NCBI GenBank assembly: GCA_977017645.1
Contig: OZ360229.1
Span: forward strand, 25,110,001 to 25,174,000
Direction: 5' to 3'
DNA from: Torpedo marmorata
Lineage: Eukaryota
DNA length: 64,000 nucleotides
The notes below the pieces were generated by a model. It was not told the DNA's origin and searched no databases. It saw only the letters and a program-made list of their open reading frames with translations. Position 1 is the stretch's first letter; each line of letters begins with the position of its first letter. The position numbers and the translations under genes are program-made. This document shows positions 25,517 to 38,742 of this stretch, in pieces.

Positions 25517-27294
25517 CTCGTATGATAACCCTTTCATTCCCGGTCAATGATGAGACCCTGAAAGCCTCCAGATTATAGGGATCCAGTTGTCAAACCTAGC
25601 ACCAAACAGCAGTGATCTGTAAGTTCCTGTACATTTCTGAGATGTGGGGTACCACTAATATTTTCTCTGCAAATCGTCCACATCCAATGGCAAAATGAAC
25701 TAACAACACCTGAGCCCTCTCCTCAGTATTGAGGCCTTAATTAAACTCCATTGGCTTCAATGGACAGGCTACATGCACAGCACCATACTCTTTCACAAGC
25801 TCCATCTCAGCAAGGGAGCAGACAGAAAAAGATTTGAAGACATTTTCAAAGCTGTAAAGGGAAAGGGTGACATTCCCACTGCTTAAAGTGGAGGAGGTGC
25901 ATTTGGGTGCCATTGAGATCCTTGAGTTCATTCTTCAGGAGCACACAAACCCACTATAAATGATCGATGAAGGTCTTTGCCACCCAGACTGCCCACTTTG
26001 TCCAACCTGTCATGTCTATCCTGCTCTACCAGTGGCAGAAGCTATTAGGTCCCATGTTGCCTCATCAGGCGCCACAGTCCACAAATAAATAGTTAAACAA
26101 GAAAGTCTCCAGACACTGATTGTAGCTCAATACACAAAAGTGATGGAGAAACTCAAAGTCACGCAGTATTCCTTATGGATGCAAGCCAACCATGATCCCA
26201 AAGTAGGTGATCATTTTACAGAATAAACAAATATTCAAGTTGATGACAAGTCATTAAAATTATTAATTTTTAAAATTCCTTTTCTACCTGAAGGTTAAGA
26301 TGAGTTGAAATACTATTTTGTGGGGACCATTGTGCTGTTTTTATTCATGTACAGCTATTGAGCATGTTATTTTAATAGAAAGCACTGCAACTGAGTCTGT
26401 GCAAAGAACTAGAATCATAGGTTTCCTTTCTCCGTCCTTCCATTCTACATCAGGACAGTTGAAAAGTTTCAACTGTAGGTTTGAGCCAGGCTTAGATTTT
26501 TGACTTCAATAAGAAAGAATTTGACCAGTGTGAAAACCCTAATTGCAAACACCAGTAAGGACAGATAATTTGACTCTTGAGTAGTTTCAGCAAAAGTGAC
26601 TATAGTTGGGCTGGTTGTGAAGGGAAAATGGAAAGAAAATCTGGATCAAATCCAGAAATGTTTATTTTCTATAATTTGTTATCTCCATTTCTTTTCTGCT
26701 GTGATTATACTCTGCTGCAAACGTAGGGATTCAGGGAATGTCTTAGTCTATGTGTAGTAATGCATGTGAAGTTTAGCAAATGAGGAAAATCATTTTTTGT
26801 TTTTACTTTTTCTTGAGATTTAAGCTGTAAATGCTAAATGTTACAAAATTAAGTAACCACAATCATCTACAGGCCATCATTACAAAGTTGCAACATAAAA
26901 ATTAAAGCTCTCTTCTCTCCCCCTCCCCTACATTAGCCATGATGCCCAAACTGCTATTATCTGAATTTCTCCTTTGAAATAAGAGGATAAATCTCACCCC
27001 TTAGAAACTATTCCATGATTGTTAGTGCTAGAAGCATGTAGGAGTGTCATTATACAATTGTATATGCTTGTTCAGAACCAAAAACTAATTTCTTTTTCTA
27101 AAATCGTGAATGTGTGGGGGCCGGGGGGGGGGGGGGAAGCGTTTATGGGAATGTAGATTTTTTTTGGGGCTAAAAATCCAACCTATCCTCTCATAACTTC
27201 TGAAGCCAAGAAGTTCTGGCCTAGTTTTATAACTACCAGCTGAATTTTTTTTGGTTTTCAGAAGTAAACTCATAAATCACAAATTAAAGTAACA

Positions 27295-27492
27295 TCAACA
27301 GAAATGCTCAACAAGTCAGGAAGAATCTATGGGAAGAGAAAGGGTTACCACTTCAGGTCGGAGACCCTTCATCAGATTGGGATCTGGGATTTTCACTTCT
27401 CAGATGACAGTGATAGAATGGAAAATTTTGCTGACTGCATTACATTTTTTCTTACATTTATTACAGTTACTCCAGCATTGTGTTTTTATTAC
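27295..27492. mobile_element. Degenerate Penelope-derived short element
   Basis: The minus strand has ctgatgaagggtctccgacctgaag. The element ends in ctccagcattgtgtttttat. Confidence 0.55.
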
Positions 27493-28009
27493 ATTTTTCT
27501 TGGAGTGCAAAGGTCAATATAGAATTTGCAGTTTGTCGAATGCAGTTACGGTATAAAAATGAAGTGTAAATCTGCCTCCCATAATAACCTATTGAACTGA
27601 TGAAGCTAATGTTAAATTGTCACTGGCTTGTGGTTTTCACATGTGAAAGTGGCAGTTTGCAATCCTCAGATCTGTGGCTCTGTGAATAATCTACAGTGCA
27701 GACATAAATTAACAATCTAATATAAGAAACAATTCATGTGCCCTACAAGGGATCAAGTGTTGGGATAACAGGAGATTATAGACTTGATCACAACTATATT
27801 ATAACTTCTCTGAGTCATTACTTCTCAGTTTTGATCTAAAACCATCATGGTATTTATCTGTTAAGCACAGGACACTTTCAAAGGTATAACTCAATGGAAA
27901 GGGTGTATAAAGTTTCCCAAAAAAATGTTACACCAAAGGACTGGAAAATGTCAAAATTTAACAAAGAAGGACCAATGCATTGAAAGGAAAGGGAAAGTTG
28001 ACTTCTGAT

Positions 28010-29140
28010 TATGAGAGTTCCTTACAGACTAAGACAGGAGAAAGTATACAGGGGAATAAGGAAATGGCAGAGAAATACAACAAATATTTTGCCTGTCTTC
28101 ATTGAAGGCACAAAAACTAATGGAAATAATAGTGAACTAAAGGCTTAGACTGAATTTTTTAAAATGAAAATAATTTGCATTACTAAAAATTCGTATGGGA
28201 GAATGAGACTGGAAAATGATGATCCTTAATGTTTGGCTATGGAGGATTCCAGAGTCTCTAGAACTGTTTCTAGAGATTAGAAGATGGCATTATCACTACT
28301 ATTTAAGAAATAAGGAAGAGAAAACAAGGAATTACAGATCAGTTAACGATGTCAGTAGGAAGAGTAATGCAAGAACCTGTAATTAAGAAGTCATGGTCAT
28401 ACAGCATGGATCCAGGCCCATCAGCCCGATCAAGGTGCCTACCTGAATTGGTCTCATTTGCCTGTGTTTGGCCTTTTCTATCTTCCCTATCCATGTACCT
28501 GTCAAAATGTTTTGGTTTTTAAAAATGTTATAACAGCATAGATATAAAATAATAGGATTAGGCTGGCAACATGGGATTATGAAAGGAATAGTTTGACATT
28601 GAGTTTTTTGAGGTTTTAATTTGCAGAATGGTTAAGAACAAAACAGTTGATGTGTATTTGGACTTTAGGAAGGCTTTATGATTCCACATGAGATTATTAA
28701 AATATAATTGCTTAAAAGACAAAGAAAAGTGGGAATAAAATAATTTTCACTGGGGAGCAGTGAATAATGAATTCTCGAGGGGTTGGTTAAAATTTCCATT
28801 GATAGTTTGGACCGGAGATCCAGCGCAACATTTAAGTTTGCTGATGGTACAAAGCCAGGTGACCATCTGATTGTGAGGCAGATGCAAAGAAACTTCAAGG
28901 CAATACAGATGGGTTAAGTGAATGGGTAAGGACGTGGCGGATAGAAAATAATGTGGACAAATTTGAGGTCCTCCCTTTCATTAGAAAAATGTAGAAAGAC
29001 AGTTTAAAAAAAAAAAAAAAAAAAAATTTAAATGTTGAGATTGAAAGTCATGAGGGACTTGAGTATCCTTAAAAATTATTCATTGAAAATTAACACGCAA
29101 ATACAGCACGTGGTTAAGAATGCCTTTTATTGCAAGAGAA
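28010..29140 (+). mobile_element. Old degenerate CR1, interrupted by Rex1 and resuming at ~31281-31650
   Basis: Similar to the CR1 at 51969-53782 (gggaataaggaaatggcagag, ggactttaggaaggcttt, aagtttgctgatg). Confidence 0.6.
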
Positions 29141-31280
29141 CCGAGCCATACCACGACTGCACTTCGGCAAGTCTGATCACCTGGCTGTACATCTACTCCC
29201 GGCGTACAAGCAGAGACTGAAGACCACAGCACCAGTGGTGAGGATGGCGAAAGTATGGTCGAGGGAGGCGGAGGAGTGTCTGCAGGACTGCTTTGAATCG
29301 GTGGACTGGAACATATTCAAGCACTCATCCATAGACCTGAATGAATATGCAACAGGTGTCACCGACTTCATCAAGACCTGCGTGGATGAGTGTGTGCCCA
29401 CGCACAAATACCGGGTGTTCCCCAACCAGAAGCCCTGGATGAATCAGAGAATTTGCAACCTGCTGAGGGCGAGAACAAGGGCGTTTAAGGCCGGGGACCG
29501 GGATCTTTACAAGAAGTCCAGGCACGACCTGCGGATGGCCATCTCTGAAGCAAAGTGGCAATTCCGGAGGAAGCTAGAGACAGATACACGCCAGCTATGG
29601 CAGGGAGTGCAGGCCATTACAGCCTACAAAGCAGGGGCGAACACTATAGACGGCTGTGATGCTTCACTACCCTATGAGCTGAACACCTTCCATGCCCGCT
29701 TTGAGAAGAACCAAACAGTGCCTACTAGAATCCATGAAAAGGCTGAAGACCCTATGAGGGTGATGTCAGAACATCATTCAAGAGGGTGAACCCCCGCAAG
29801 GCGTCAGGCCCTGACGGTGTACCCGGTAGGGTACTGCAAATCTGCGCCAACCAACTAGCCGGAGTGTTCACGGACATTTTCAACCTCTCATTGCGGCAGT
29901 CAGAGGTTCCCACCTGCTTCAAAAGGGCATCAATCATCCCGGTACCCAAGAAGAATAGTGTGGGCTGCCTCAACGACTACCGCTCAGTAGCACTAACTTC
30001 TACTGTGATGAAATGCTTTGAGAGGCTGGTCATGGCCAGAACTAACACGTACCTAAGCAAAGATCTGGACCCACTGCAATTCGCCAATCGTCGCAATCGC
30101 TCCACAGCAGATGCAATATCGCTGGCTCTCCACTCAGCTCTGGATCACCTCGAAAACAGCAATTCATACATACGGCTGCTCTTCATCGACTACAGTTCGG
30201 CCTTTAATACCATTATTCCCTCAGTGCTAGTCAAGAAGCTGCAAACTCTAGGCCTCTGTACCCCACTCTGCAACTGGATCCTTGACTTTCTCATCGGAAG
30301 ACCACAGTCAGTATGAATTGGAAACAACGTCTCCTCCTCACTGATTATCAACACAGGCGCACCCCAAGGATGCGTGCTTAGTCCACTGCTCTACTCGTTA
30401 TACACCCATGACTGTGTGGCCAGGCACAATTCCAATGCCATCAACAAGTTTGCCGATGACACCACAGTTGTCGGCAGAATCACAAACGGCAATGAGGAAG
30501 CGTACAGGAGGGAGATAGATCAGCTCGTTGAATGGTGTAACGACAACGACCTTGAGCTCAACGTCAACAAAACCAAGGAGATGATTGTGGACTTCAGGAG
30601 GAAGTCAGGGGAACAAGACCCAGTCCTCATCAAGGGCTCAGTAGTGGAGAGGGTCAAGAACTTCAAATTCCTGGGTGTCAACATCTCCGAGGATCTGTCC
30701 TGGGGCATCCACGTTGATGCAATCACAAAGAAGGCTTGTCAGCGGCTATACTTTGTGAGGTGTCTGAGGAGATTCGGTATGTCACCGAAGACTCTTGTAA
30801 ACTTCTACAGGTGTACTGTGGAGAGGATTCTGGCTGGTTGCATCACTGCCTGGTATGGAGGCGCCAACTCTCAGGACAAGAGTAAACTCCAGAGGGTTGT
30901 TAACTCGGCCTGTGACACCACAGGCACCAAACGTCACTCCATCGAGGACATCTACATGAGGCGCTGTCTTAAAAAAGCAGCCTCTGTCCTCAAAGAGCCC
31001 CACCACCCAGGCCATGCCCTCTTCACTCTGCTTCCATCGGGAAAAAGGTACAGGAGCCTAAAGACGAGCACACAACGGCACAAGGACAACTTCTTCCCCG
31101 ATACCATCAGATTCCTGAATAACCAATGAACCAAAGTCACTGCCTTACTTTTCGTGCACTATTATTTATAATTTTTTATAGTAATGTAGTAAGATGGTTA
31201 TAATATGAATGTTAATTGCACTGTGATGCTGCCACAAAACACCGAATTTCGTGACTTGTTCATGACAATAAATTCTGATT
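29141..31280 (+). mobile_element. 5'-truncated Rex1/Babar LINE with few disablements
   Basis: [72 protein letters not shown]. 3' end aataaattctgatt. Confidence 0.92.
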
Positions 31281-31764
31281 ATAAAAAAAATTAGAAATGT
31301 CCTGTTCAATTGCATAAAAAGCCCCTTGTGAAATCATAACTGGAATTTAAACGAAAGGGAATATTTTTGTTAGTGCTTCAATTGTTCAGCATATTACGTC
31401 CTGGTATAGTGGGTCTGAGGAGAGATTATCTTTGCTCTCTGTGTGACCTGCTGAGTTTCTCCAGCGATGTGTTTTTACTGCTATCACTGCATCAGCAGAC
31501 TGTTATGTGGTAAGAATTTCATACAGGAGATATGTGCAGTTAAAGTTTCCCCTGGGTGAGTTATCTAGAACTAGCTGTGAAATAAGGGGTCGACATTCAG
31601 AATGGAGATGAGAAAAAACTTCATCTTGAGGATAGTGAATCTTCAATGCACTTGTGGTTTACCAATGCATACAGGGAATGGATGAAGAGCTTCATTTTAC
31701 TCTGCAAGTTGTCACGGACTGAATTGCCTGAAAGGAAATTGAAAGGTGATTCAATAACTACTTT

Positions 31765-31960
31765 TTTTAAAATTTAGACATACAGCGTGGTTACAGGCCA
31801 CCCAATTACACCCAATTGTCCTGCAACCCCGGTACGTTTTGGAGGAAACCCACGCAGATCACGGGGAGAATGTACAAACTCTTTACAGACAGTGCTGTAT
31901 TCGTACCCCAGTCACTGTTACTGTAACAGCGTTGCGCTAACCACTGCTAACCGTGCCATC
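31765..31960 (-). mobile_element. V-SINE copy with an internal deletion
   Basis: Similar to 18121-18374. Confidence 0.75.
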
Positions 31961-34281
31961 CTTTTGAAAGGGAATTTGATATATCCTTGGAAAATAATTT
32001 TGCAAGAATTGGAAAGAGCAAAGATTTCTGATCAATTGGTAGCTCCTCTAGAGAAGCCACAAAGGCATGATAGATGGAATACCTACTTCCTCTGCTTATT
32101 CTATATATCCTTGCCAGTTTCCTCCTTTCCCTATTGGAACCTGTTGAGTCCTATTTGGGTACAGTTTGGGAACATTTATCCCCTAGGTTTACATTCTTGA
32201 GGTATAGAATTGCAGTAGTGTGCGTAAAAGTCTAGAACAGTTAGGCTATGTATATGTGTAATAAATGTAAAAACTGAAACTTATCTTCAAAGTTTGTGCC
32301 CGTTGTCACTCTGTGTCCCAAAGTTTTTCATCGGACCATGCCAATCAGAGAAGTATTGTCTTAAACAAGATTTGGAAATACCAATTAATTGTTGTATGAT
32401 TTGGTATTGTGCATTTGTCTGAATGTTGGGCATTCTTTGCATCCTGAAACCTTTAGATGACCACAGTTAAAGTTATGAAATGAGCCACAATAAAACAAAT
32501 GATTGATTTTTAGTGCAACCCAGTGTAAATACCTCAGGATCAGAGGTTACACAGTTTGATCACAATTTGTGTTGAATACATGTGTCAAAGATGAGCAGGA
32601 TTCCTTTTGTCTGCAAGTCACATTGTCAAGTTATTTTCTAAATAGATGGTGGAAGGGAAGGACCGAAAAATAGAAGTGAAAGTTTCCTTTTTAATGCTTC
32701 ATAATTTTAAAAAAAATTGATGTTGGGGGAAAAAATTAAGTTTGAAAGACGTTGGGTAAAGTGAGAGGACCAGCAAATTTAAAATAGTGATACAGAATGA
32801 AATGTACAGATCTTGCTTGCAGATGTCCTCAATTGGGGTTAAAGTTCTAAATTATTCTTGATTTAGTGGTAGTATTTGCTGTAAGCTTATTTTTATTTTC
32901 AGCATAAAGGCATGCTAAACTGTTTAGACTGAGGACAAAAGTAATTTTCCTGAGCTTGGCTTCACGAAGAGATAATTAGAAAATCAAGCATTTAGAAATG
33001 CTCTTTATTTTCTTGCATATTTGCCCAACCTGTGGCTCTTTTTAGTCATGGGAGGTGATGTTTGGGATATAAGGTACTGTGATCTTCTGCTTGAGTCAGA
33101 AACAGGTTTAACTTGGATTAAAAGGAATTGATTGAATCGATTTTCATTGTATGAGCAGGTAACTGATTTCGCAGGGCCAGTACTTTGGGGCACTAATATT
33201 TCATTGTTCTCAACCCCTAATGTTTCTGTCCTTTCTTAGCTTGCATGAAGGGTTCATTACCATTGCTGTAGTTAAACATAAGTAGTGAATGAGACCCAAA
33301 TTATGCTTCTATACAAAATTTGTATTTGATCTGGTGCTCTACCAACAGATACTTACAGCATGGGCCATTGATGGTAACAAGGATTTTAAGACTTGGTTAA
33401 TTTTTTCTCAAGGTTCCTCTTGTCCTCATGATCATATTCTCTAATTTGTTTGCCCCATACAACAAGTTCAGGGCCCAAAAGGAAATTATTATTGTGGCCA
33501 ACATTTCTTCCCTTATTTGAGACATTGTAAAATAGAAAAATTGGGTGCCAGTGTTGATTGGTGGTGTGTACAAATTTTCTTCATAATTTCCTAGAACCAA
33601 GGCTGTCCTTCGGACGTAATTCATCAGGTGTGAAATGTTTCAGCGTTCTGACAACAGGGAACATTGTCTCAGTACAACTTGTTCATTGTTTCTCACGTAA
33701 CCCACATAATATAAGACATGCTGCACTGCGAATCTGGGATATTGCAGATCTGGAAATCTTATTTGTACATTCCTTTTATCAGTTGGGCCATTGACAGATT
33801 GTAATTGACTGCCAGGGATCAAAAAATGTTTTTGGCTTTGTCAAGATTTTATTGATGATCTACACTACCAACACAGACACAATCTGTTCAAGTGTTTATT
33901 CTCCAGGAGCACAACATAATTAAATTACTGTTTCTTCACAGTCAATAAATAAACCCCATTCTCATTTTGTCTGTGTTTTGGTGGTTCCAATTAAGGAAGA
34001 AATGCAAACCAATGATGCAGTAGTAGTTGCTTTTGGGTCTTGTTTCTCCTGTACTTTAAAACTGGTCTTTTTCAAGCTGTCAACTTAAAAGTTAAGATTG
34101 TTTTATAAGATGCTCAAGCAACATTTTTGTAGCAGATTCTACATTCTAATTCCCCACAGCCTTTGATACAAGGGACTGACATAACCAAAATCTCAATTCA
34201 TTTAAGTGGCACTATTTTGTTGTTACTGAAATTGAAGCAATCTTGAGAATTGTACATTGAACCTTTTCCTTGCTTTTACAG

Positions 34282-34305
34282 GAGCGCCAAGGTCGTGTCA
34301 AATAA
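34282..34305 (+). CDS. YTHDF2: YTHDF2 terminal coding exon (ERQGRVK*)
   Basis: Acceptor ccttttccttgcttttacag|GAG CGC CAA GGT CGT GTC AAA TAA. It matches the human C-terminus ...VKKERQGRGK and joins 8541 in phase 0. Confidence 0.93.
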   Translation, partial: ERQGRVK

Positions 34306-35160
34306 TACTGCAGTCTCTGGAAGGGTGACGTCGACCTAAATGTCATAACCTGAATTTTCTTCAAGAAATTGAATGATAATGAAGATTCCCTTCTCCTCCC
34401 CTTCCTTCCCACCCACCCTCCTTCATTTTCAGTGAATTCTACGACTTTCAGCCTTGTAGTTGTCAAACTTAATCCTCTTCTGTAGAACAATGGTAACAAT
34501 AGCAAGAACTAGGTGGGGAAAAAACATTTTAAGGATCCCTTTTTCAATGGTCAGTTAGGACTTTATAAAGTGATAGATTTGTTTTCTTTCTGTTGGTAGA
34601 AAAATAATTAAAACAATGAATCACTTTGATTTTTATGGTCCGTGGGCTGCATTTAAGTGCACTTCCACGTGGAAGCAACCAGTTGCCTTGCAACATCTGA
34701 ATTCCACTGGCTCAGCATGGACGGATTCCTTTTCAACTCGGTTTAATTTATGGAGCCTAAATTGTTTCATTCAGGCCTTTAAGGACTGCCAACCACCTCG
34801 CCCTCCATTTTACTGAAAATGCTGCTTGTTTTGTTTTTAAAAGGCTCCTGGAAAGAGCAGTTACTTTTGTGTTTGTCCTCCCTTTCGTTCCAAAATATTA
34901 AAAGCAAGTTACTCTTGACAAAAGTTAAAGTGAGCAAGTTTAAAACAAAAAAAAATTGCCACCAATTAAGTCTAAATCCTTGAAAGAGAAGACTGGACTA
35001 AAGGAATACTGTAAGGAATTTTTTTGAACAGTGAACTTTGAGAAACAAAAACTGCTTAGAATCTTTTTTCAATCCTCGTCAACAGTGGAAAAACTGGGAA
35101 TTTACCCTTTCTTCATTATTAATCACTTCTCAATAATAAATGTGATATCCTGTTCAGCAG
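34306..35160 (+). other. YTHDF2: YTHDF2 3' UTR (end approximate)
   Basis: Repeat-free sequence after the stop codon, ending in AATAAA (35135-35140) followed by a U/GU-rich tract at ~35180-35215. Confidence 0.75.
35135..35140 (+). terminator. Polyadenylation signal AATAAA of YTHDF2
   Basis: AATAAA with a downstream element tttttgtttggtctttcattcttgttatttt. Confidence 0.7.
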
Positions 35161-35459
35161 AATGGATGCGTTAAATGCATTTTTGTTTGGTCTTTCATTC
35201 TTGTTATTTTAATGTGTCCTGGTTAGAAACTGTTAAGGAAGGTTAGGGATTAATATTTCAGAGCTTAATTGAGAGAGTACTGCATTGTTGGATATGCAAT
35301 CTTTCAGATGTTAAACAAAGGCTCTCTATTTTCTCATTTGAATGTTAAAAAATCCTGAGACACTACTTGAAGTAAAGGAGGGTGATACATTTCTTCTTTC
35401 TATCAGAGCAAGTTCTGTATAGCTGATGGATTCAGTAGCAAAATGCTGTTGCGGTAGAA

Positions 35460-35670
35460 AAGTGTGGCACAGCAAAGAGACCTGCTGCCTCACAGCTCCA
35501 ACGACCTGGGTTCGATCCTGACCTCTGCTATCTAGAGTTTGCTTGTTTTCCCTGTGATTGTGTGGTTTTCCTTCTGGTGCTCCAGTTGCTTCCCACAGTC
35601 TAAAGATGTGTGGATTGGTAATTCACCACTGTAAATTGCCCCTTGTGTGTGGGTCAAGAGTAGAATCTGG
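35460..35670 (+). mobile_element. Degenerate V-SINE
   Basis: gctgcctcacagctcca..gacctgggttcgatcctgacc and a V-domain. Confidence 0.7.
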
Positions 35671-35899
35671 GGGAACATAATGGTGAGGGTGTTGGCATTG
35701 TTCAGTGAACAATACAATAACAAAGGGAATCAACCTTGTGGGCCGAGTATTTCTAGTACCTCCAATACCATTGAAGGGATCTCTTCATGTGAGTACATGA
35801 GGTATTATTTTTCTGAGAACATTTTATTTCCTATTGGTGTTTAACAGACAGATGTTCAGAAACTGATCCACTGGAACTGCTGCTTGTCTTTATTTAAGA

Positions 35900-36090
35900 A
35901 CCATAGAGCCACAGAACATTACAGCACAGAAACAGGCCCCTTCGGCCCTTTTAATCTGTGCCGAACCATTTTTCTGCCTAGTCCCACTGACCTGCACCCA
36001 GTCTATAGCCCTCCATACCTCTCCCATCCATGTATCTGTCCAAATTCTTCTTAAATGTTAAAATTGAGCCCGCATTTACCACTTCAGCTG
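35900..36090 (-). mobile_element. CR1 3' end
   Basis: acagcacagaaacaggcccc ttcggccc...ccatccatgtatctgtccaaa. Confidence 0.65.
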
Positions 36091-38214
36091 TGGGGAATTA
36101 GCTGGATTGAGCGGAAAATTGAGAATTAAAACTCATTGAATGAGGAATTGTATATTGGATCCACTAAGTTGTATGGGTGGAAACATATTGCTCCCACAAA
36201 TGGTAGGAAAGCTTCAGAATGGAACTTACTCAGCCTTTAAAATTTAAGTGATGACTTTCCTCACACTGGACATGAAGCCTGATGGTGCATGTATTTGGTA
36301 TTGATCCTTTAGCTAAATTTGGGTCCATCCAAAGTCCCCACCAGTTTTTGCATGACCAAACTCATTGTCATCAAATTTGTGGTTTACAGGAAAGAATGGA
36401 CAACTGTTTCATTACATAACAACAATCTGATGTTTGTGGTCCATTGTGTTATGAATTCCAGTGTAAGCATTTAAAATGGAAATTCTCCACATTGTAATCA
36501 ATGCAACCTACCATGTGATTGGATTTTCATTTTTGTGACTTGCGTCAGACTGTGCTGCTCTTCAGCCAGTTTCACTTTGCTCTATAAATGGTTGCAAGGT
36601 TTGCAGCTTAACTTAAAATGCAATATAAAATCAAGCTTTTTTTCAGAAGCCAAGAGTGTATGATTTAAAATAGGAGATATAACTCGCCCTGCGCTGTTCT
36701 AATTAACTCCTGCCCTGTAACTCCAATACACCTGAAGCCTACATTTGTTTTCAAGTCCCTGGATGCAATATCATGGGAGATGGACTACTTAGTAAAGTTA
36801 ACTAGGTTACAAACTGATTTTCTTCAAACTGGTGCTGTTTGAAATCTGATGACAGTACTACGTTTATCTCCCATGTGTTACGATTGCAAATTTCTTTATT
36901 TACTAATCGCTCATTTACTGACATCAATTACAGCCGATCACATTGTAAAGTTGTATGCTGCCACATCAGTACACGTTGCAGTTGTGACAATGGGTGATTT
37001 TTAACATGACTCCGTGTGGGTTCTGTTTCTCGGGACTTTTTATTGTAGAGTGTAGTGGATTTATACTATGTGCCACCTAGTTTCTGGCTAGAATTGTACA
37101 CAATGCTCCCCTTTTGGACCAGGGTTGCCGGCCACTTATCCATGCTGGTGTTAATGCTCTTCACTTGTATCCTCTCACTTATTTCATCTTTCCATAGTCC
37201 ATTGTTCACACTGTCAACCACTGACCACAATGGACTACTGTGGCTGGTTGCAGAGGCTGTAGGCAGCCATGCTCTGTGACCTCCACAACTGCCTCCATAA
37301 GTGAATTTAACATGCTGCGCTCCCTGGTTTCTCCTGAATTTCTCATTGGATTGCAGGTCATTGCAGGTGTTCCTTAATTTATGAGCATTCAATTTGATTT
37401 TTCCTTAACGCCACTGCATCTGAGGGCAGAGACCTTTGATTTGTAAAGTTAATTTTTGCTACAACAAATAGACCTCCACAGAAATGCACTCCACCAAGAG
37501 ACTTACATTGACTTTTAATTCATGAAATTTTACTTAAAGCATTTTTAAGGAAGTATCCCTTTTGTGAATCAAGATGCTACTCTTGGCTTCCTGTTTTGAA
37601 TTCTTCCAGCAGTGAAGATGTTTACATTTAACCCTATCAGACTCTTTTATGGGTTGGGTTAAATAGCCTGTTTCAGTGTTGTAAATGCATAAATAATTTA
37701 AGATTATTCCTTAACTTCCTTTCTAGTGAAAAGAACCTCAGCTGGTTCAGTCTTTGGCAATGATTCTAAAATATCAGTTCTGGAATCAACCTGGATTTTA
37801 TTTAAAAAAAACTACAATAAAAACTAAAAATGCTGGAAATATTCAGGTGGTCAGGCTGCAGCTGTAGAAAGAGCAACAGAATCAACGTTTGAAGACTAAG
37901 AACTGGGAAGGAGAGAAAAGAATCTTGATCATCTGCAGGGAGGGTGAGGAATGTCTCTGATTAAACCAGGATGGACAGGGGGAGAAGTTGTCAACGAGAT
38001 TATCTGGTCACTGAACGAAAGGGAGCAATAGTAAAGTGAGGACATAGACACAAGAATGTGGAAATTGCAAAATGCAGATTAGGGTGACATACCTGGCAAG
38101 TCTGGCTGGGCATATCCTCCATTCTTGGGAGGGGGGTGGGGGGGGAAAGGAGGGATAAACAAGCAGAGCTGATATCAAGTTGGATGACTGATGCAAACTG
38201 AAATCAAGTTACCC

Positions 38215-38417
38215 GAACATAGAACATTAGAGCACAGTACAGGCCCTTCGGCCCACGATGTTGTGCCGACCTGTATATACCTACAAAAAATATTAAATCC
38301 TCACTACCTCATAACCCTCTATTTTTCTTTTATCCTGTCTAGGAGTTTATTAAATGCCCCAATTGTTCCAGCTTCCACCACAACCCTTGGCAAGGCATTC
38401 CAGGCACCCACAACTCT

Positions 38418-38457
<40 letters not shown>

Positions 38458-38742
38458 AGAAACACCCCTGATGTCTCCCCTAAACTTTCCTCCCTTCACT
38501 TATGTGAAGATATCCTCTGGTGTTTACTACTCCCACCCTGGGAAAAAGGAGCTGGGTGTCTACCTTATCTATGCCTCTCAGAATCTTGTAGACCTTTATC
38601 AAGTCACCTCTTCTCCTTTGCTCCAAAGAGAAAAGCCCCAGCTCTGCTAACCTTGCCTCATAAGACATTTTCCATTCCAGGCAACATCTTGTTAAAACTC
38701 CTTTGTATCCTCTCCATAGCCTCCCCATCCTTCCTATAATGA
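38215..38742 (-). mobile_element. CR1 3' fragment (same family as 18691)
   Basis: High similarity to 18691-19230; ORF SYEARLAELGLFSLEQRRRGDLI. Confidence 0.85.

Larger units (their letters stand above)
21930..26090 (+). mobile_element. Ancient RTE-clade LINE relic, split by SINE, CR1 and Penelope insertions (pieces ~21930-22480, ~22760-22800, ~25550-26090)
   Basis: ATGQIIVRILLNCL..LLPKLHCGF...RRVINMIF resembles the RTE motif GKILARVLLNRL..LPESQCGF..R...DMIF. The downstream pieces are highly decayed. Confidence 0.55.
8542..34281 (+). other. YTHDF2: YTHDF2 last intron (~25.7 kb, GT-AG)
   Basis: Bounded by GT at 8542 and AG at 34280-34281. Confidence 0.9.

Noticed and set aside
34659-34664. 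miR-430/302 seed match GCACTT in the YTHDF2 3' UTR
   Set aside because: It is a single 6-mer without m8 or A1 support, expected by chance.
37066-37392. 108-aa ORF with faint Myb/SANT-like (Harbinger) resemblance
   Set aside because: The similarity is too weak to support without a profile search.
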